64,000 nt of DNA from Methanomicrobiales archaeon (GTDB lineage: Archaea; Halobacteriota; Methanomicrobia; Methanomicrobiales; Methanospirillaceae): positions 118,951 through 182,950 of the forward strand of contig JBAXJR010000002.1 of the NCBI GenBank assembly GCA_037137755.1, in the 5' to 3' direction. Each line of letters starts with the position of its first letter. Position 1 is the stretch's first letter. The position numbers and the translations under genes are program-made. This document shows, piece by piece, positions 1 through 11,294 of the stretch. The notes below the pieces were generated by a model that did no database searches, was not told the origin of the DNA, and was given only the letters and a program-made list of their open reading frames with translations.

Positions 1-2186
1 ACCATGCCCCTGGTAAGGACCCACTTCCAGTTCCCCAGCTTTGTCCGCATCCGGAATTCGATGGAATATCCTTCATTCCTGCTGATCGAGGCCTGGATCA
101 TCCGTTCAGTGGCAGGCAGGTCGTCCGGATGAACAAGCGAGCGCCAGGTGGCATACGAACCTGGCATCTCATTGGGTTCATAGCCGAGCATGGTATACCA
201 GTGGGGACTGAAGAATGCTGTACCGGTTGGGACATTCCAGTCCCAGATACCGTCATTGGTCGCATCCAGCGCGAGACTGAAGCGTTCCTCGCTCTTCCAC
301 AGGTCTCTCTGGATGGCACTGAGCTCATCGAACTGCGCCTTGAGTTCTTCCTCAGTTGCTACCAGTTCCTCGTTGGCCGCCTGAAGTTCCTCGTTCTGCC
401 GTTCCAGTTTCTCTTCAATCTTTTTGCGTTCGGTCAGGTCCGTTGCTATGCTGAGCAGTACCTCCCTGCCCCCCCAGTTGATAATTCTGGCATTGACATG
501 CAGCGGGAATGTCGAACCATCTTTCCGGTAGTGGTATACGTCAAAATCGGCCATTCCCAGGGTATGGAGGTCCTGCATTCGTTCATCGATTAATTTTTCC
601 GTTTCCGGTACATCGAGGTCGCGAAGGTGTATCTCGAGGAATTCCCCGCGGGTAAATCCATGCAGCCGGAGGGTTTCCTCGTTGACATAGAGCATGTTCC
701 CGTCAAAATCATGGACGATTAACGATGCCGGGGCATCGTCTGCCATCCGGGCGAGAAGCCTGATCTCTTCTTCTGCCCGTGTGCGATCGGTGATGTCTTC
801 CCCGGACCGGAGGGTCCCGGTAATCACCTGTTTTTCATCCCGTATGAGGGTACTATGCCAGGAAACCAGGCGTTCCTCCCCTCCTGCTGTTACGATGATG
901 TTTTCAACCTGCTCCGGCTGATCCACCGCCCCGGTCACTATCCTGACAAATAGCTCCCTGCTCGCTTCCCGTAACCGTTCGGGCAGGAACGTATCAAACC
1001 AGTTCTTTCCGAGAATTTCCTCTTCACTGCGTCCCAGCAACCTGCACCCTGCCGGGTTTACCATGATCACCGCCTGGTCGGCACCAATGGCAAGGACGGT
1101 AGTCCCCACGATCTCCAGGTAAGAACGGGCCTTTTCGCGTTCATTGCGCAGATCTTTCTCTGATTCGTACAGTTCCCTGTAGAACCGGGTGCTCTCTCCC
1201 CGCCATACCATGCCGATAACGGCCCCGATTCCAACAAGGAGGATGGCTACAATCCCCATCAGGAGGATAAACTGCTCCCTTAACGGTCCGTACACTTCCG
1301 AGGTATCCATCCGGGCGACGAGGGACCATGGTGTACCAGGGACTTTCCGGATGGCGGCAATGACCGGTACACCCCGGTAATCTGCACCCTCAACCATACC
1401 CTCCTCGCCAAGTGCTGCTTTTACTGCAGGGACCTCAGTCCGGTCCAACGGGATCCGCAGTGTAAGGGGCGGGTTATTGCTGAATTTAAGGTTATTAAGA
1501 TAGACTACCTCGTTGCCTTCCTGGCGGACGATCAGGGTCTCTGCCGATGCACTCGGGCCGGGCCATTCATTGATAAACGGATAGAGATATGACCCGGGAT
1601 CAACCTGGAACGCAAGGAATCCCAGGGGCTGGCCCCCTTCCTGGTCGTCATACAGGGGGACAACGATGGTAAGGTAGATCTTCTGGTCAGTATCATCCCG
1701 GTAGAAGTCGAGGACCGTGATATTCCCGGAGACAAGGATCCTGGGTAGTTCCCGGCTCACGGTTGCGGCAACCGGGTTTTGTGTGTCGGGGACTGACATG
1801 CGGAGGGTACCGGTCGTATCCATCAGGTACACCCTGTCATACTGGTTGTAACTCAGTTCTTTCTCCAGCCATGCCCGGACCTCCCCTTGCGTTTCGGTAT
1901 CATTCGTGTCGTTGAAGAGGTGGCGGACACGCGAAGAGAAGAGGGGATTGTGGAAAAAAGTCCCGGCATCACCCATCCGCTCGGTTTTCCAGTCCACCAG
2001 CTCATTTACTTTCAAATCTGAAATGGCGGTCAGCTGGTGATCTATCTCCACCTTGTAATTTCTCTCGTAATGCTGGTAGTAAACGTAACTGGTAACGAGG
2101 ATCGCCGCTGTCATGATAACAAACAGTATGACCAGGAGGTACCGGACACGCTGCCCGTTTACCCGGTCCGGACCAACGCCGCTCAT
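1..2186 (-). CDS. Membrane-bound multi-PAS sensor protein (TM, extracellular Cache-like domain, TM, PAS repeats); runs off the left edge
   Basis: Absent from the ORF track because it has no stop in the window. ATG at 2186 overlaps the TGA of the upstream gene (ATGA). Manual translation gives MSGVGPDRVNGQRVRYLLVILFVIMTAAIL...LTAISDLKVNELVDWKTER, then same-frame PAS motifs (HYRKDGSTFPLHVNARII; ATNDGIWDWNVPTG...VHPDD). Confidence 0.85.
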   Translation of the reverse strand, partial: MSGVGPDRVNGQRVRYLLVILFVIMTAAILVTSYVYYQHYERNYKVEIDHQLTAISDLKVNELVDWKTERMGDAGTFFHNPLFSSRVRHLFNDTNDTETQGEVRAWLEKELSYNQYDRVYLMDTTGTLRMSVPDTQNPVAATVSRELPRILVSGNITVLDFYRDDTDQKIYLTIVVPLYDDQEGGQPLGFLAFQVDPGSYLYPFINEWPGPSASAETLIVRQEGNEVVYLNNLKFSNNPPLTLRIPLDRTEVPAVKAALGEEGMVEGADYRGVPVIAAIRKVPGTPWSLVARMDTSEVYGPLREQFILLMGIVAILLVGIGAVIGMVWRGESTRFYRELYESEKDLRNEREKARSYLEIVGTTVLAIGADQAVIMVNPAGCRLLGRSEEEILGKNWFDTFLPERLREASRELFVRIVTGAVDQPEQVENIIVTAGGEERLVSWHSTLIRDEKQVITGTLRSGEDITDRTRAEEEIRLLARMADDAPASLIVHDFDGNMLYVNEETLRLHGFTRGEFLEIHLRDLDVPETEKLIDERMQDLHTLGMADFDVYHYRKDGSTFPLHVNARIINWGGREVLLSIATDLTERKKIEEKLERQNEELQAANEELVATEEELKAQFDELSAIQRDLWKSEERFSLALDATNDGIWDWNVPTGTAFFSPHWYTMLGYEPNEMPGSYATWRSLVHPDDLPATERMIQASISRNEGYSIEFRMRTKLGNWKWVLTRGM

Positions 2187-5100
2187 GATAACCCCTCTCC
2201 TTTCCGGTATTTCCCATCCGGTACGGTGATTTCAAACCGGGCACCCTGTCCCGGCTCTCCGGTTTCCCGGATGGTGATGCTGGTGATATCAAGGATTTCC
2301 CGTACAAGAAAGAGCCCGAAACCGGTGTTTTTCCCGAATCCACGCTCGAATATCTTTTCCTTTTCCCCAGCCGACACCCCGGTCCCATCATCTTCCCAGG
2401 TGATGGTTAACCCCGCATCCGACTCATAGCAGGACACCACCACCTGCGTTATATGTCCCCCGTGCCGCACGGAGTTATCAAGAAGGTTACAAAAGACCTT
2501 CTCCAGCATTCTGTCTGCAAATATTTCCTGTGAGGTGCAATTATCAGAAAAGGTTATGTCCGGCGGGACCTGGAGTTTTGCCAGCTCCTGGTGGAGATCC
2601 TGCCACTGTGGTTCGTGAGAGCCGATATCCTCGTAGATCTGGGTGAACTGTATTTGTGAGCGGATCTGCCGGGTCTTTGTCTCCAGGCGTTCGATAAAGC
2701 GCTCCATCTCCGGGTGCTTTGCATAATCCCGTGCAAGTTCGAGAAAACCGAGCATTATCGTGACGTTGTTTAAGATGTCGTGGCGCGTGATACCGGAGAG
2801 GAGTTTTAATTTTTTATTGACTGCACGGAGGGCTTCCTCTGCCTTTCGTCGTTCCGTGATGTCACGCCCTTCGGCAACAAGAGAGATCACTGTCCCGCTG
2901 GTATCCATGACGGGTTTGAGTGAAAAATCTATGGTGGCGATCCGGTTGTCCTTACCGAGGACCTCCACTTCGTACCGTGCGAAATTGCCCAGTGCAACCT
3001 GTCCGACCGCATTTTTTAGCTGATCCTGGATGGCCGTGGATATGGCCCACCAGCGGGCCTCCCAGAATGGCTGGTCTATCACATCGTTCAGCGTAAAACC
3101 GCCAAAATGGAGGGAACTTTCATTCACTTCCATAATTTTTCCATCCGGCCTGAGCAGTGCAATGAACTGAAACGTAGAGTCAAATATCGCCCGGAACCTG
3201 TATTCACTTTCCCTCAGGGCTTTCTCTGCCCTTTTTCGTCCGGTAATGTCCCGTGAAATGCCGAGTATCCCGATAGGAGAACCATCAGTGTCCCGGAGAA
3301 GGCTCACGGAATTTTCGACCAGTATGGTTGAACCATCTTTACAGTATTCTTCCGTTTCAAAAGAAACGGTCCGGCCGGGATCTGCCGTCCCTGTCGCCTC
3401 CAGCGCCATCTCTTCGTCCAAACATTTCAAAACGGTCTCAACAGATGCCGGGGTCATCATCTGGTCAAGGGATTGCGCCAGGGCTTCTTCAACCGTAAAA
3501 CCCCGCATTTTCCTGACCGAAGGACTCATGTATTGAAGTTTCACGTCCATGTCGAAGATCCAGATATTGTCTGCGGTGTTATCGGCGATGAGCCGGTATT
3601 TCATCTCGCTCTGGCGTAATGCATCTTCTGCATTCTTACGCTTGGTACTATCGCGGAGCACGACAAGGTCACGGTCTTCCCCCATCCAGGGGACCCGTAC
3701 CCCCATCGCTTCGACCCATTTCGATTCACCTGTTGCGTCCTGCATCTGGTATTCCGCGACGATAGGGCCACCGTTCACCCTGATCGTGTCCAGGTCTGAC
3801 ATGGCTTTTTGCTGCCATTCCGGTAATAAAAACGGTGCAAAACTCAACTGATCCACATCCCGCTGAACCGGGATTCCCGCCAGCCTGAATGCAGCATTGT
3901 TTGCCAGGTGAACGCTGCCGTCAAAACCAAGGACCATCACAGGGTCCTGGATGTTGTCGAAGAGTGAGCGGAACCGTTCCTCGCTCTCCTCCAATACCTG
4001 GCTGGAGCGGATCCGGGCAAGCGTGCTGCCGATCCAAAGTGCCAGCGTTTCAAGCGTGTGGCGGGAAGATAACGGAATTTCATCAACTTCATGCGATGCC
4101 AGGTTCATGACTGCGATCAGGTTACCTTCATGTAGTACCGGAATATATGCAAGGGCTCGCAGCCCTTCCTGTTCACGTTCTGCATCCGTTTCAGGACGGA
4201 TAGCATTATATGTCCCATACTGTGGCGTACCGGTTTTTGCCTGCTGGACCTGCGGAGCCCCCGCCTCATAGTGAGTAATTTTTGCAATAAACTGCGCAGA
4301 CAGCCCTTTATGGGCAACAAGGTCAAGTGCGCCGCTCAACGGGTCCACAATATAGATCCCGCCCGCGTCCAGCCCCTCGATCCGAAGGGCCGCGGATATG
4401 ATGTGGTCCAGCGCATCACCAAAGACCGTGCACCGGTTGAGTACAAGGCTCAGGTCGTGCTGGACCCGTAACGCCTCTTCGGTGCGTTTCCGGTCGGTGA
4501 TGTCTAAAAAGGATATGACGACCCCGTAGGGTGATGGTTCACCCTTTCTGAAGAGGGGACTCGTATTTACGGTGATCCAGGAGGACTGACCTGTTGAATT
4601 CCTGACACCAATTACGACATTCCTGCATGGCACCCCGGTTGCAAGGGTGTGAAGGGAAGGATGTTCTGACCCGGGCAGTTCTGACCCGTCTTCCCTGCAT
4701 GTGCTCCATTTACGGCTGATCGAGGTCTTTCCGATCACTTCTTCTGCCGTTATGCCAAATATCCGTTCTGCTTCCCTGTTCCAGGCAAGGATTTTTCCTG
4801 AGCGCTCCTGCAGGATGATCCCGGTATCCACTGATGAAATAATTGCCTGGTTCTTCTCATCGCTCTCCCTGAGTGCATCATCAGCTTTTCTGCGTTCATC
4901 AACAGGACGTGTTGTCGTTACGATCCCGTTAACGCCGTGGACCCCAAGGAGATTGGTGGCCATGGTCTCAACAAAAATATAACTCCCGTCAGCTTTCCTG
5001 ATACGGAATTCGGTGGGTGTGCCCGGATTTGTCCCTTCGTACACCTCGTCAAGGGCCTGCCGGACATGTTCACGGTCATCAGGATGGACAAATTCGAGAG

Positions 5101-6859
5101 GACTCTTACCGATGGTAAAATTTTCAGGGTAGCCAAGAATACGGCTTGAGGAGGGGGAATCAAAAACGATGTGACCTTCTTTATCAATGATCCGGATGAT
5201 ATCGGTGGCGTTCTGGATAATGGAACTGAACCTCTCCTCGTTCTCGCGCAGGGCAGTGCCTGCCTGTTCCCATTCGGTGATGTCGCGGATTGATTCAATT
5301 GCACCGATCCTGTCCCCATTCATATCAAAAAGGGGGGCTCCTGTTGCCCAGACGTACGCCCCTTTTCCGCAGTATAATGCCGGGGTGAAGACTTCTGCAT
5401 AGAGCGTATGACCTTTTCTCCGGATGTAACTGTATTTTGCTTTAATCTCATCATCATCAACATCGATGAGGTCGAGCAGTTGTCTGCGTCGCTCCCCGTA
5501 GAAGGGGACCGTGTACGCATGGTCCCCCTGGCCGATCATGTCTGCCTTGCTTACAGCGGTCATCTCCTCCATCGCACGGTTCCATGCGATTACCCGCCCA
5601 TTCAGGTCAATAACAAACGTCGCATCAGGAAGGAACTCAATAATATCCGAAAGTTCCTGCTTTGACTCCTTGAGTGCCAGTTCCGTCCGGGTCATTTCAT
5701 CCAGGCTGGCGTGGAGTTCCTCTTCTGCTGATTTTAACCCGGTAATATCTCTTGAAACCCCGAGGACTGACAGGACTGTTCCATCTTCTGAATATTCAGG
5801 GGTCAGCATCCAGTCAAGGAAAACTCTTCCTTTCGCACTGTCCCATTCAAACTGGGCCTGGTAGGGCTTTCCTGTCTTGAAAACACCCGTTATCTGTTCC
5901 TCCCAGAACCTGCTCTGGTCTTCGTCAAACCCGCTTTCCCGGTGGGTTTTCCCAATTACCTGGTCTTCAGCCAGTCCGGAGACCCGTAGTGCTGCCGGGT
6001 TCATGTAGATATGGCGGCACTGCCGGTCATACCTCATGATATAATCGGGGCTGCTCTCGGCCAGGGTACGGAATTTCTTCTCACTTTCCCGTAATGCGTC
6101 TTCTGAATGTTTTCGCCCGGTAATATCCCGTGCGACACCGAGGAACCCCTGCTTCCCGCCATAGTCCATGGTGGTAATGGTGAGTTCAACCTGTACCAGG
6201 CTCCTGTCACGGTGCCGGTGGACGGTCTCGTAGGTCGTGGATCCGGTTTGTTCAACTGACCTGATAATCTCCCCGAGTTCGTTTCCGGAGCTCGCCGACA
6301 CATCCCGCACGTTCAGCCTGAGCAGTTCCTCTTTTTCGTACCCCAGCTGGAGACAGGCTGCGTGGTTCGCATCCAGGAATTTCCCTGTGCTGTCTGCAAG
6401 AAATACTGCATCGGTGATGGACTCAAAAAGGACACGGTACTTTTCCCGGGTTGCTGCGATGGTATTCTCGGACTGCAGGCGATCGACCGCCATGCGGATC
6501 TTATGCGAGAGTTCTGCATACTGCGCGCTGGGTTCACCTCCTTTCTGGAGATAGAAGTCAGCACCGCTGTTGATCGCCTGGATGACCACCTCTTCCCTGC
6601 CCTTGCCGGTAAACAGGATAAACGGGATCTTTCCAAGGTGTTTACGCACCTCGACGAGTAAACGGATACCATCCATGCCGGGCATCTGGTAATCAGAAAT
6701 AATAGCGTCAAACTGCTCCCGCCTGAGAAGTTCTAAGGCTGCAAGGGCAGAATCAATGGTAACCACTGAAAAATCCCCTGATTCTTCAAGGAACAGTTTC
6801 CCTATATCCAGAAGGTCATGTTCATCATCGACGTAGAGCAACCGGATAGCCGGGGTCAT
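2183..6859 (-). CDS. Hybrid sensor histidine kinase: REC, multiple PAS/PAC, GAF, HisKA/HATPase
   Basis: N-terminal REC (LLYVDDE, IISDYQMPGMDG, YLQKGG), repeated RDIT.RK PAC ends, a GAF segment (AGGIYIVD...LAYIPVLHEG), H-box TRHDILN and ATP-binding boxes NLLDNS, DDGTG, GFGKNTGFGL. Confidence 0.93.
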   Translation of the reverse strand: MTPAIRLLYVDDEHDLLDIGKLFLEESGDFSVVTIDSALAALELLRREQFDAIISDYQMPGMDGIRLLVEVRKHLGKIPFILFTGKGREEVVIQAINSGADFYLQKGGEPSAQYAELSHKIRMAVDRLQSENTIAATREKYRVLFESITDAVFLADSTGKFLDANHAACLQLGYEKEELLRLNVRDVSASSGNELGEIIRSVEQTGSTTYETVHRHRDRSLVQVELTITTMDYGGKQGFLGVARDITGRKHSEDALRESEKKFRTLAESSPDYIMRYDRQCRHIYMNPAALRVSGLAEDQVIGKTHRESGFDEDQSRFWEEQITGVFKTGKPYQAQFEWDSAKGRVFLDWMLTPEYSEDGTVLSVLGVSRDITGLKSAEEELHASLDEMTRTELALKESKQELSDIIEFLPDATFVIDLNGRVIAWNRAMEEMTAVSKADMIGQGDHAYTVPFYGERRRQLLDLIDVDDDEIKAKYSYIRRKGHTLYAEVFTPALYCGKGAYVWATGAPLFDMNGDRIGAIESIRDITEWEQAGTALRENEERFSSIIQNATDIIRIIDKEGHIVFDSPSSSRILGYPENFTIGKSPLEFVHPDDREHVRQALDEVYEGTNPGTPTEFRIRKADGSYIFVETMATNLLGVHGVNGIVTTTRPVDERRKADDALRESDEKNQAIISSVDTGIILQERSGKILAWNREAERIFGITAEEVIGKTSISRKWSTCREDGSELPGSEHPSLHTLATGVPCRNVVIGVRNSTGQSSWITVNTSPLFRKGEPSPYGVVISFLDITDRKRTEEALRVQHDLSLVLNRCTVFGDALDHIISAALRIEGLDAGGIYIVDPLSGALDLVAHKGLSAQFIAKITHYEAGAPQVQQAKTGTPQYGTYNAIRPETDAEREQEGLRALAYIPVLHEGNLIAVMNLASHEVDEIPLSSRHTLETLALWIGSTLARIRSSQVLEESEERFRSLFDNIQDPVMVLGFDGSVHLANNAAFRLAGIPVQRDVDQLSFAPFLLPEWQQKAMSDLDTIRVNGGPIVAEYQMQDATGESKWVEAMGVRVPWMGEDRDLVVLRDSTKRKNAEDALRQSEMKYRLIADNTADNIWIFDMDVKLQYMSPSVRKMRGFTVEEALAQSLDQMMTPASVETVLKCLDEEMALEATGTADPGRTVSFETEEYCKDGSTILVENSVSLLRDTDGSPIGILGISRDITGRKRAEKALRESEYRFRAIFDSTFQFIALLRPDGKIMEVNESSLHFGGFTLNDVIDQPFWEARWWAISTAIQDQLKNAVGQVALGNFARYEVEVLGKDNRIATIDFSLKPVMDTSGTVISLVAEGRDITERRKAEEALRAVNKKLKLLSGITRHDILNNVTIMLGFLELARDYAKHPEMERFIERLETKTRQIRSQIQFTQIYEDIGSHEPQWQDLHQELAKLQVPPDITFSDNCTSQEIFADRMLEKVFCNLLDNSVRHGGHITQVVVSCYESDAGLTITWEDDGTGVSAGEKEKIFERGFGKNTGFGLFLVREILDITSITIRETGEPGQGARFEITVPDGKYRKGEGLS

Positions 6860-6871
6860 TGTTCAACACTC

Positions 6872-9800
6872 TCATTCCTTCCGCCACATACCTTTCGGTA
6901 GTGCGATCTCAAACCTTGCACCCCTGCCCGGCTCACCGGTCTCATGGATGGTGATACCGGTAATATAGAGGATATCCGTGGCAAGGAAAAGCCCAAGACC
7001 TGTATTTTTTCCATACCCCCGCTCGAAGATCCTTTCTTTCTCATCAGCGGGTACGCCGGTGCCGTTATCCTCCCAGTACAGGGTTAACTCCCCATCCGCC
7101 TCCCTGGTATACACCCGTACCCTGGTCACATGCCCCCCGTGCCGGACGGAATTGTCAAGCAGGTTTGGAAAGATCTTTTCGAAGAGGGGATCAGCATACA
7201 CGGTGATCCCATCCAGGTCACTTTCAAGGGTGATCCCCTCGTGCGGGACTGCTGCAAACCCTCTTCGTACCATTGCTTTCACATCGAGCCAGGCCGGGGT
7301 ATTTATCCCGATCGCCTCGTATGTTTTGGTGAACTGGAGGTAATCGTTAATCCTGCGGACCGCATCCTCCTGTTTTGCGAAATACGGGGCCAGTTCCGGA
7401 TCAGGGGCCCTCTTTTTCAGCTGGCTTGTATATCCTGAAATCAGGGTGAGTTTATTGATGATGTCATGCCGGGTAAGGCTGCCAAGCAGGTTGAGCTTTT
7501 TATTTGCCATTGCAAGCGATAACGAAAGGCGGGTAAGCTCCTCTGCCCGCGTCATGAGCTGGTTTTCAAGAGCTTTCCGGTCAGAAATATCGGTCAGCAG
7601 GAGCAGGACTGCCTGTTCGTCGTGGTACTGTACCGGGGTGCTCCGGGTGATTACGGTCTTCCTCTGGCCGTCATTTCTCATGATCTCGATCTCAAGGGAC
7701 TGTGTACTCCCCGATTTAAGACGTTCTTCTATAAGGGTCCCGATTTCAGAACGTTTCTCCGGGACCACGTATGACAGGATATCTGTCCCGACCCTTCCGT
7801 TCTCAGAGTAGCCGAGCAGGCCGTCTGCGGCCGGGTTCACGAACCTGACCTTCCGGTCGTGGCCATACACAGCAACCATGTCAGGAATATTCTCAACGAG
7901 TCCCCTGTTGAACTCCTCGCTCTCCCGCAGTGCGTCCTCGATCTGCTTGCGTTCCGTGATATCGTTAAGGAAATTCAGGGTGGCGGGGCGGCCCTCATAG
8001 TCAACGGCAACACTGCTTATTTCAACCCATTTGATTTTGCCATCTTTTCCGGTAAGCCTGAACATGTACCGGGAGGGTATGTCCTCACCATTCAGCCGCT
8101 TCCGGTACCGCTCGACGACCATGGCACGGTCATCGGGGTGAATAAACTCATGAAATGGCGTGGAAAGGAGTTCCCTCTCAGGGTAGCCGGTTAACTCGGC
8201 CATCCTGGCATTGACAAGTTTCAATGTCCCGTCCTGTGCGACGAGAATTGCCTCATTCGCGCATTCGATCAGCTCGCGGTATTTTCTCTCGCTTTTACCC
8301 AGCGCTTCTTCCGCGTGTTTGCGTTCCGTGATGTCACGGGAAATGGATAATGCGACCTCTCTCCCCAGTAACGTAAAAAGATGCGTGCTTACCTCAACGG
8401 GGAGGAACGAACCGTCTTTTCTCTGGTATATCGCTTCAAATGTTGCATAACCTTTGGATTTTATTTTTGTTACAATATCTGGTATATTCAGGCGATGCCC
8501 GGGCGATGCAATATCCCGTGGTGACATTGCCAATAATTCTTCCCTTGAATACCCTAGAAGCGTGCATGCAATGTCATTAACCCTGAAATACCTGCCAGGG
8601 AACCCTTCGGGCAGCATTTCATGCAGGAAAATTGCATCATTTGCATTATTGAATACCTCTCTGAATACCTCCTCACTTTCTGCCAACGCCTCTTCCGACC
8701 GCTTGCGTTCCGTGACGTCCTGGACAAAACCAATAAACCTGTTGGGGGAGAGCCTGACTGCGTTTACCGACCAGTACCTGAGGGTGCAGTCCTTATGCCT
8801 GTAGAGGAACTCCCCGCTCGCCTGCCCGATACCAGACAACTGCCTGAAATGCGCGATTCCCTGCTCGTGTGATTCAGGCGGCAACATATCAGGGATGGAC
8901 ATCGATACCAGCTCATCCCGCGTGTATCCGGTAATCCCTGATGCTGCCGGGTTTACCTCCAGGTAATGCCCCTCTTGATCGGTGATAAATACCCCGTAGG
9001 GTGCGTTATCAAAATAACTCCTGAACTGCTCCTCGCTCTCCTGCAGGGAGTTGACCAGACGGTCACGTTCTGTTACCATACGGGCCAGTTGAATATTCCG
9101 GTAACCAAGTGTGGAAATGATCCCGCCAAAACGGGTGTAAAAGTCCATGACGGTCGTAACCCTCTCCCTGCTCCATCGCGGGACCCTTTCCAGCGCAGCA
9201 AGATATTCCTCCTCATTAAAACCGTACTGCCTGGCCTGCGAGCGGAAAAATTCATAATCCACGGGTTCATCTTCGAACAGGAACTGTCCCAGGAACAGGT
9301 TACCGACATGGTTTCCCCCGACAACGATAGGTGTGACGATGTCCCACATATTATTCCGGCATTTATACATCCGGTACGTTCCCGGGGCCGTTTCCCCGGA
9401 AAGAACGACATCGCTTTCGTTGCAATGCATGCACGTGCGGGGATCGACACGGTGGAACTTCGTGCAGATATCCTGCCATCCCGTGGCAACAAGGACATTC
9501 CCCCGGAGGTCAAGGATGGCGATGCCGATACCGGTGAGGGTGCAAAAATCGTCCATCAGGGCCTGGACCGCCCGGGCGTCAATAATATCTGCCAGTTCCA
9601 TTGTGCCGATATCTCCTGCCGGGGAAAGGAGGGCCTCAAGTTTCTGCTTTACCTGCTCCTGGCTCCTGATCAGTGCTTCTTCGGCAGTTTTCCTGGCCGT
9701 GATGTCCTGGACTGTCCCCCACAGTTTGGTAACAACACCGTTTTTCCAGACCGCTTCTCCCTGTGCCCTGATATATTTCTGTTTTCCGCCCGGGGTGATA

Positions 9801-11290
9801 ATCCGCTGTTCGAGATCATAGGGGGTTCCCGATTCTTCCGCGAGCCGGACCGCCTCAGTGAACGCCGGGAGGTCCTCATTATGCCAGAGTGCCGTCATTT
9901 CTTCAAAGGATGGTTCACCCATCCTCGGGTCCCGTCCAAATATCCGGAATGTCTGGCGGGTCCATGAAATCTTCCCGGAAGCTGAATCATACTCCCAGCT
10001 CCCGATTTTTGCAAGTTTCTGTGCCTCTGAAAGATGCGCCTCGCTCTCCTGTAACTGTTCCTGTGCCCGTCTGCGGTCGGTTACATCAGCGATTACCGTT
10101 GTGAATTGTGCCCTGGCATTCTGGTATACCATCACTTCAAAGAACCTGCCCAATACCTGTGAATAGTTATCAAAATGGTCTGGTAATCCGGTGAGGGCAA
10201 CCCGCCCGTACCGCTCGATCCAGAAGGGTTCGGTATCCGGCATCACCTCCCGCACGGTTCTGCCGATCACATCTGCACGGGAGAGTCCGGTCATCCGCTC
10301 AAATGCCGGGTTTACATCAATGAACCGGTAATCACGGGGGGTGCCGCCTTCATCGCAGATTATTTCGTGAACCGCAACGCCGTTGAGCATTTCATGAAAG
10401 AGTGCTCTATAGAGATTTTCTTTTTTCGCGAGCGCATTCATCGTGTGGCAGAGTTCTTCCGATGTTGTGGTCAGTTCCTCATACGATGACTCCAGGTCTT
10501 CATGTTTTTTTCTGACTTCTTCCTCTGTGTGCACATGGTCGGTGATGTCGGTCAACATCGCAAAAGAGCCCTGGAATGAGCCATCATCGCCTTTAACAGG
10601 TGTTGCGGAGACATGGCAGGTCCGGGTAGTCCCATCCTTTGCCCGGAACCGTCGTTCGTAGGAACCGCGTAGTCCATTCATCCTCTGCTCGAGTTTTAGC
10701 TGCTGTCCGGCAAGTTCCTCCACCGGTATGAAGGACTGGATCGTGTTACCGATCATCTCCTCAACGGTATACCCGAGTATCCCTGCCATGCGCTCATTGA
10801 CGTACGTGGTGACAAACTGCCTGTCCATCGCCCATATACCTTCATTTGCGGTTTCAACGATACGCCGGTACTTCTCCTCACTCTTCCCTAATGCCTTACT
10901 GACTGTATAAAGTCCCACCGCAGTCCGGATTTTATGCGAGAGTTCCGCATACTGGGCTCCGGGTTCACCCCCTTTCTGGAGGTAAAAATCTGCACCATTG
11001 TTGAGCGCTTCGACTACAATCTCTTCCCTGCCTTTTCCTGTAAACAGGATAAACGGGACCTGCCCGTGGTGTACCCGCACCTCGACAAGGAACCGGATCC
11101 CGTCCATGCCGGGCATCTGGTAATCTGAGACAATGGCATCGAACGGTTCTGCATTCAGGAGTTCCAGGGCAGCGGGTGCTGATTCAACCGTAGCAACTGA
11201 AAAATCCCCGGATTCTTCAAGGAGCAGCTTGCTGATCTCAAGGAGATCCGGCTCATCATCGACATAGAGGACCCGGATTACACCTGTCAT
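6872..11290 (-). CDS. Hybrid sensor histidine kinase: REC, PAS, PocR, PAS, HK
   Basis: N-terminal REC. PocR-like segment GWQDICTKFHR...C..SD...YKCRNNMWDIVTPIVVGGNHVGNLFLGQF. H-box TRHDIIN and G2 GYGKNTGLGL. Confidence 0.93.
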   Translation of the reverse strand: MTGVIRVLYVDDEPDLLEISKLLLEESGDFSVATVESAPAALELLNAEPFDAIVSDYQMPGMDGIRFLVEVRVHHGQVPFILFTGKGREEIVVEALNNGADFYLQKGGEPGAQYAELSHKIRTAVGLYTVSKALGKSEEKYRRIVETANEGIWAMDRQFVTTYVNERMAGILGYTVEEMIGNTIQSFIPVEELAGQQLKLEQRMNGLRGSYERRFRAKDGTTRTCHVSATPVKGDDGSFQGSFAMLTDITDHVHTEEEVRKKHEDLESSYEELTTTSEELCHTMNALAKKENLYRALFHEMLNGVAVHEIICDEGGTPRDYRFIDVNPAFERMTGLSRADVIGRTVREVMPDTEPFWIERYGRVALTGLPDHFDNYSQVLGRFFEVMVYQNARAQFTTVIADVTDRRRAQEQLQESEAHLSEAQKLAKIGSWEYDSASGKISWTRQTFRIFGRDPRMGEPSFEEMTALWHNEDLPAFTEAVRLAEESGTPYDLEQRIITPGGKQKYIRAQGEAVWKNGVVTKLWGTVQDITARKTAEEALIRSQEQVKQKLEALLSPAGDIGTMELADIIDARAVQALMDDFCTLTGIGIAILDLRGNVLVATGWQDICTKFHRVDPRTCMHCNESDVVLSGETAPGTYRMYKCRNNMWDIVTPIVVGGNHVGNLFLGQFLFEDEPVDYEFFRSQARQYGFNEEEYLAALERVPRWSRERVTTVMDFYTRFGGIISTLGYRNIQLARMVTERDRLVNSLQESEEQFRSYFDNAPYGVFITDQEGHYLEVNPAASGITGYTRDELVSMSIPDMLPPESHEQGIAHFRQLSGIGQASGEFLYRHKDCTLRYWSVNAVRLSPNRFIGFVQDVTERKRSEEALAESEEVFREVFNNANDAIFLHEMLPEGFPGRYFRVNDIACTLLGYSREELLAMSPRDIASPGHRLNIPDIVTKIKSKGYATFEAIYQRKDGSFLPVEVSTHLFTLLGREVALSISRDITERKHAEEALGKSERKYRELIECANEAILVAQDGTLKLVNARMAELTGYPERELLSTPFHEFIHPDDRAMVVERYRKRLNGEDIPSRYMFRLTGKDGKIKWVEISSVAVDYEGRPATLNFLNDITERKQIEDALRESEEFNRGLVENIPDMVAVYGHDRKVRFVNPAADGLLGYSENGRVGTDILSYVVPEKRSEIGTLIEERLKSGSTQSLEIEIMRNDGQRKTVITRSTPVQYHDEQAVLLLLTDISDRKALENQLMTRAEELTRLSLSLAMANKKLNLLGSLTRHDIINKLTLISGYTSQLKKRAPDPELAPYFAKQEDAVRRINDYLQFTKTYEAIGINTPAWLDVKAMVRRGFAAVPHEGITLESDLDGITVYADPLFEKIFPNLLDNSVRHGGHVTRVRVYTREADGELTLYWEDNGTGVPADEKERIFERGYGKNTGLGLFLATDILYITGITIHETGEPGRGARFEIALPKGMWRKE

Positions 11291-11294
11291 TAGT

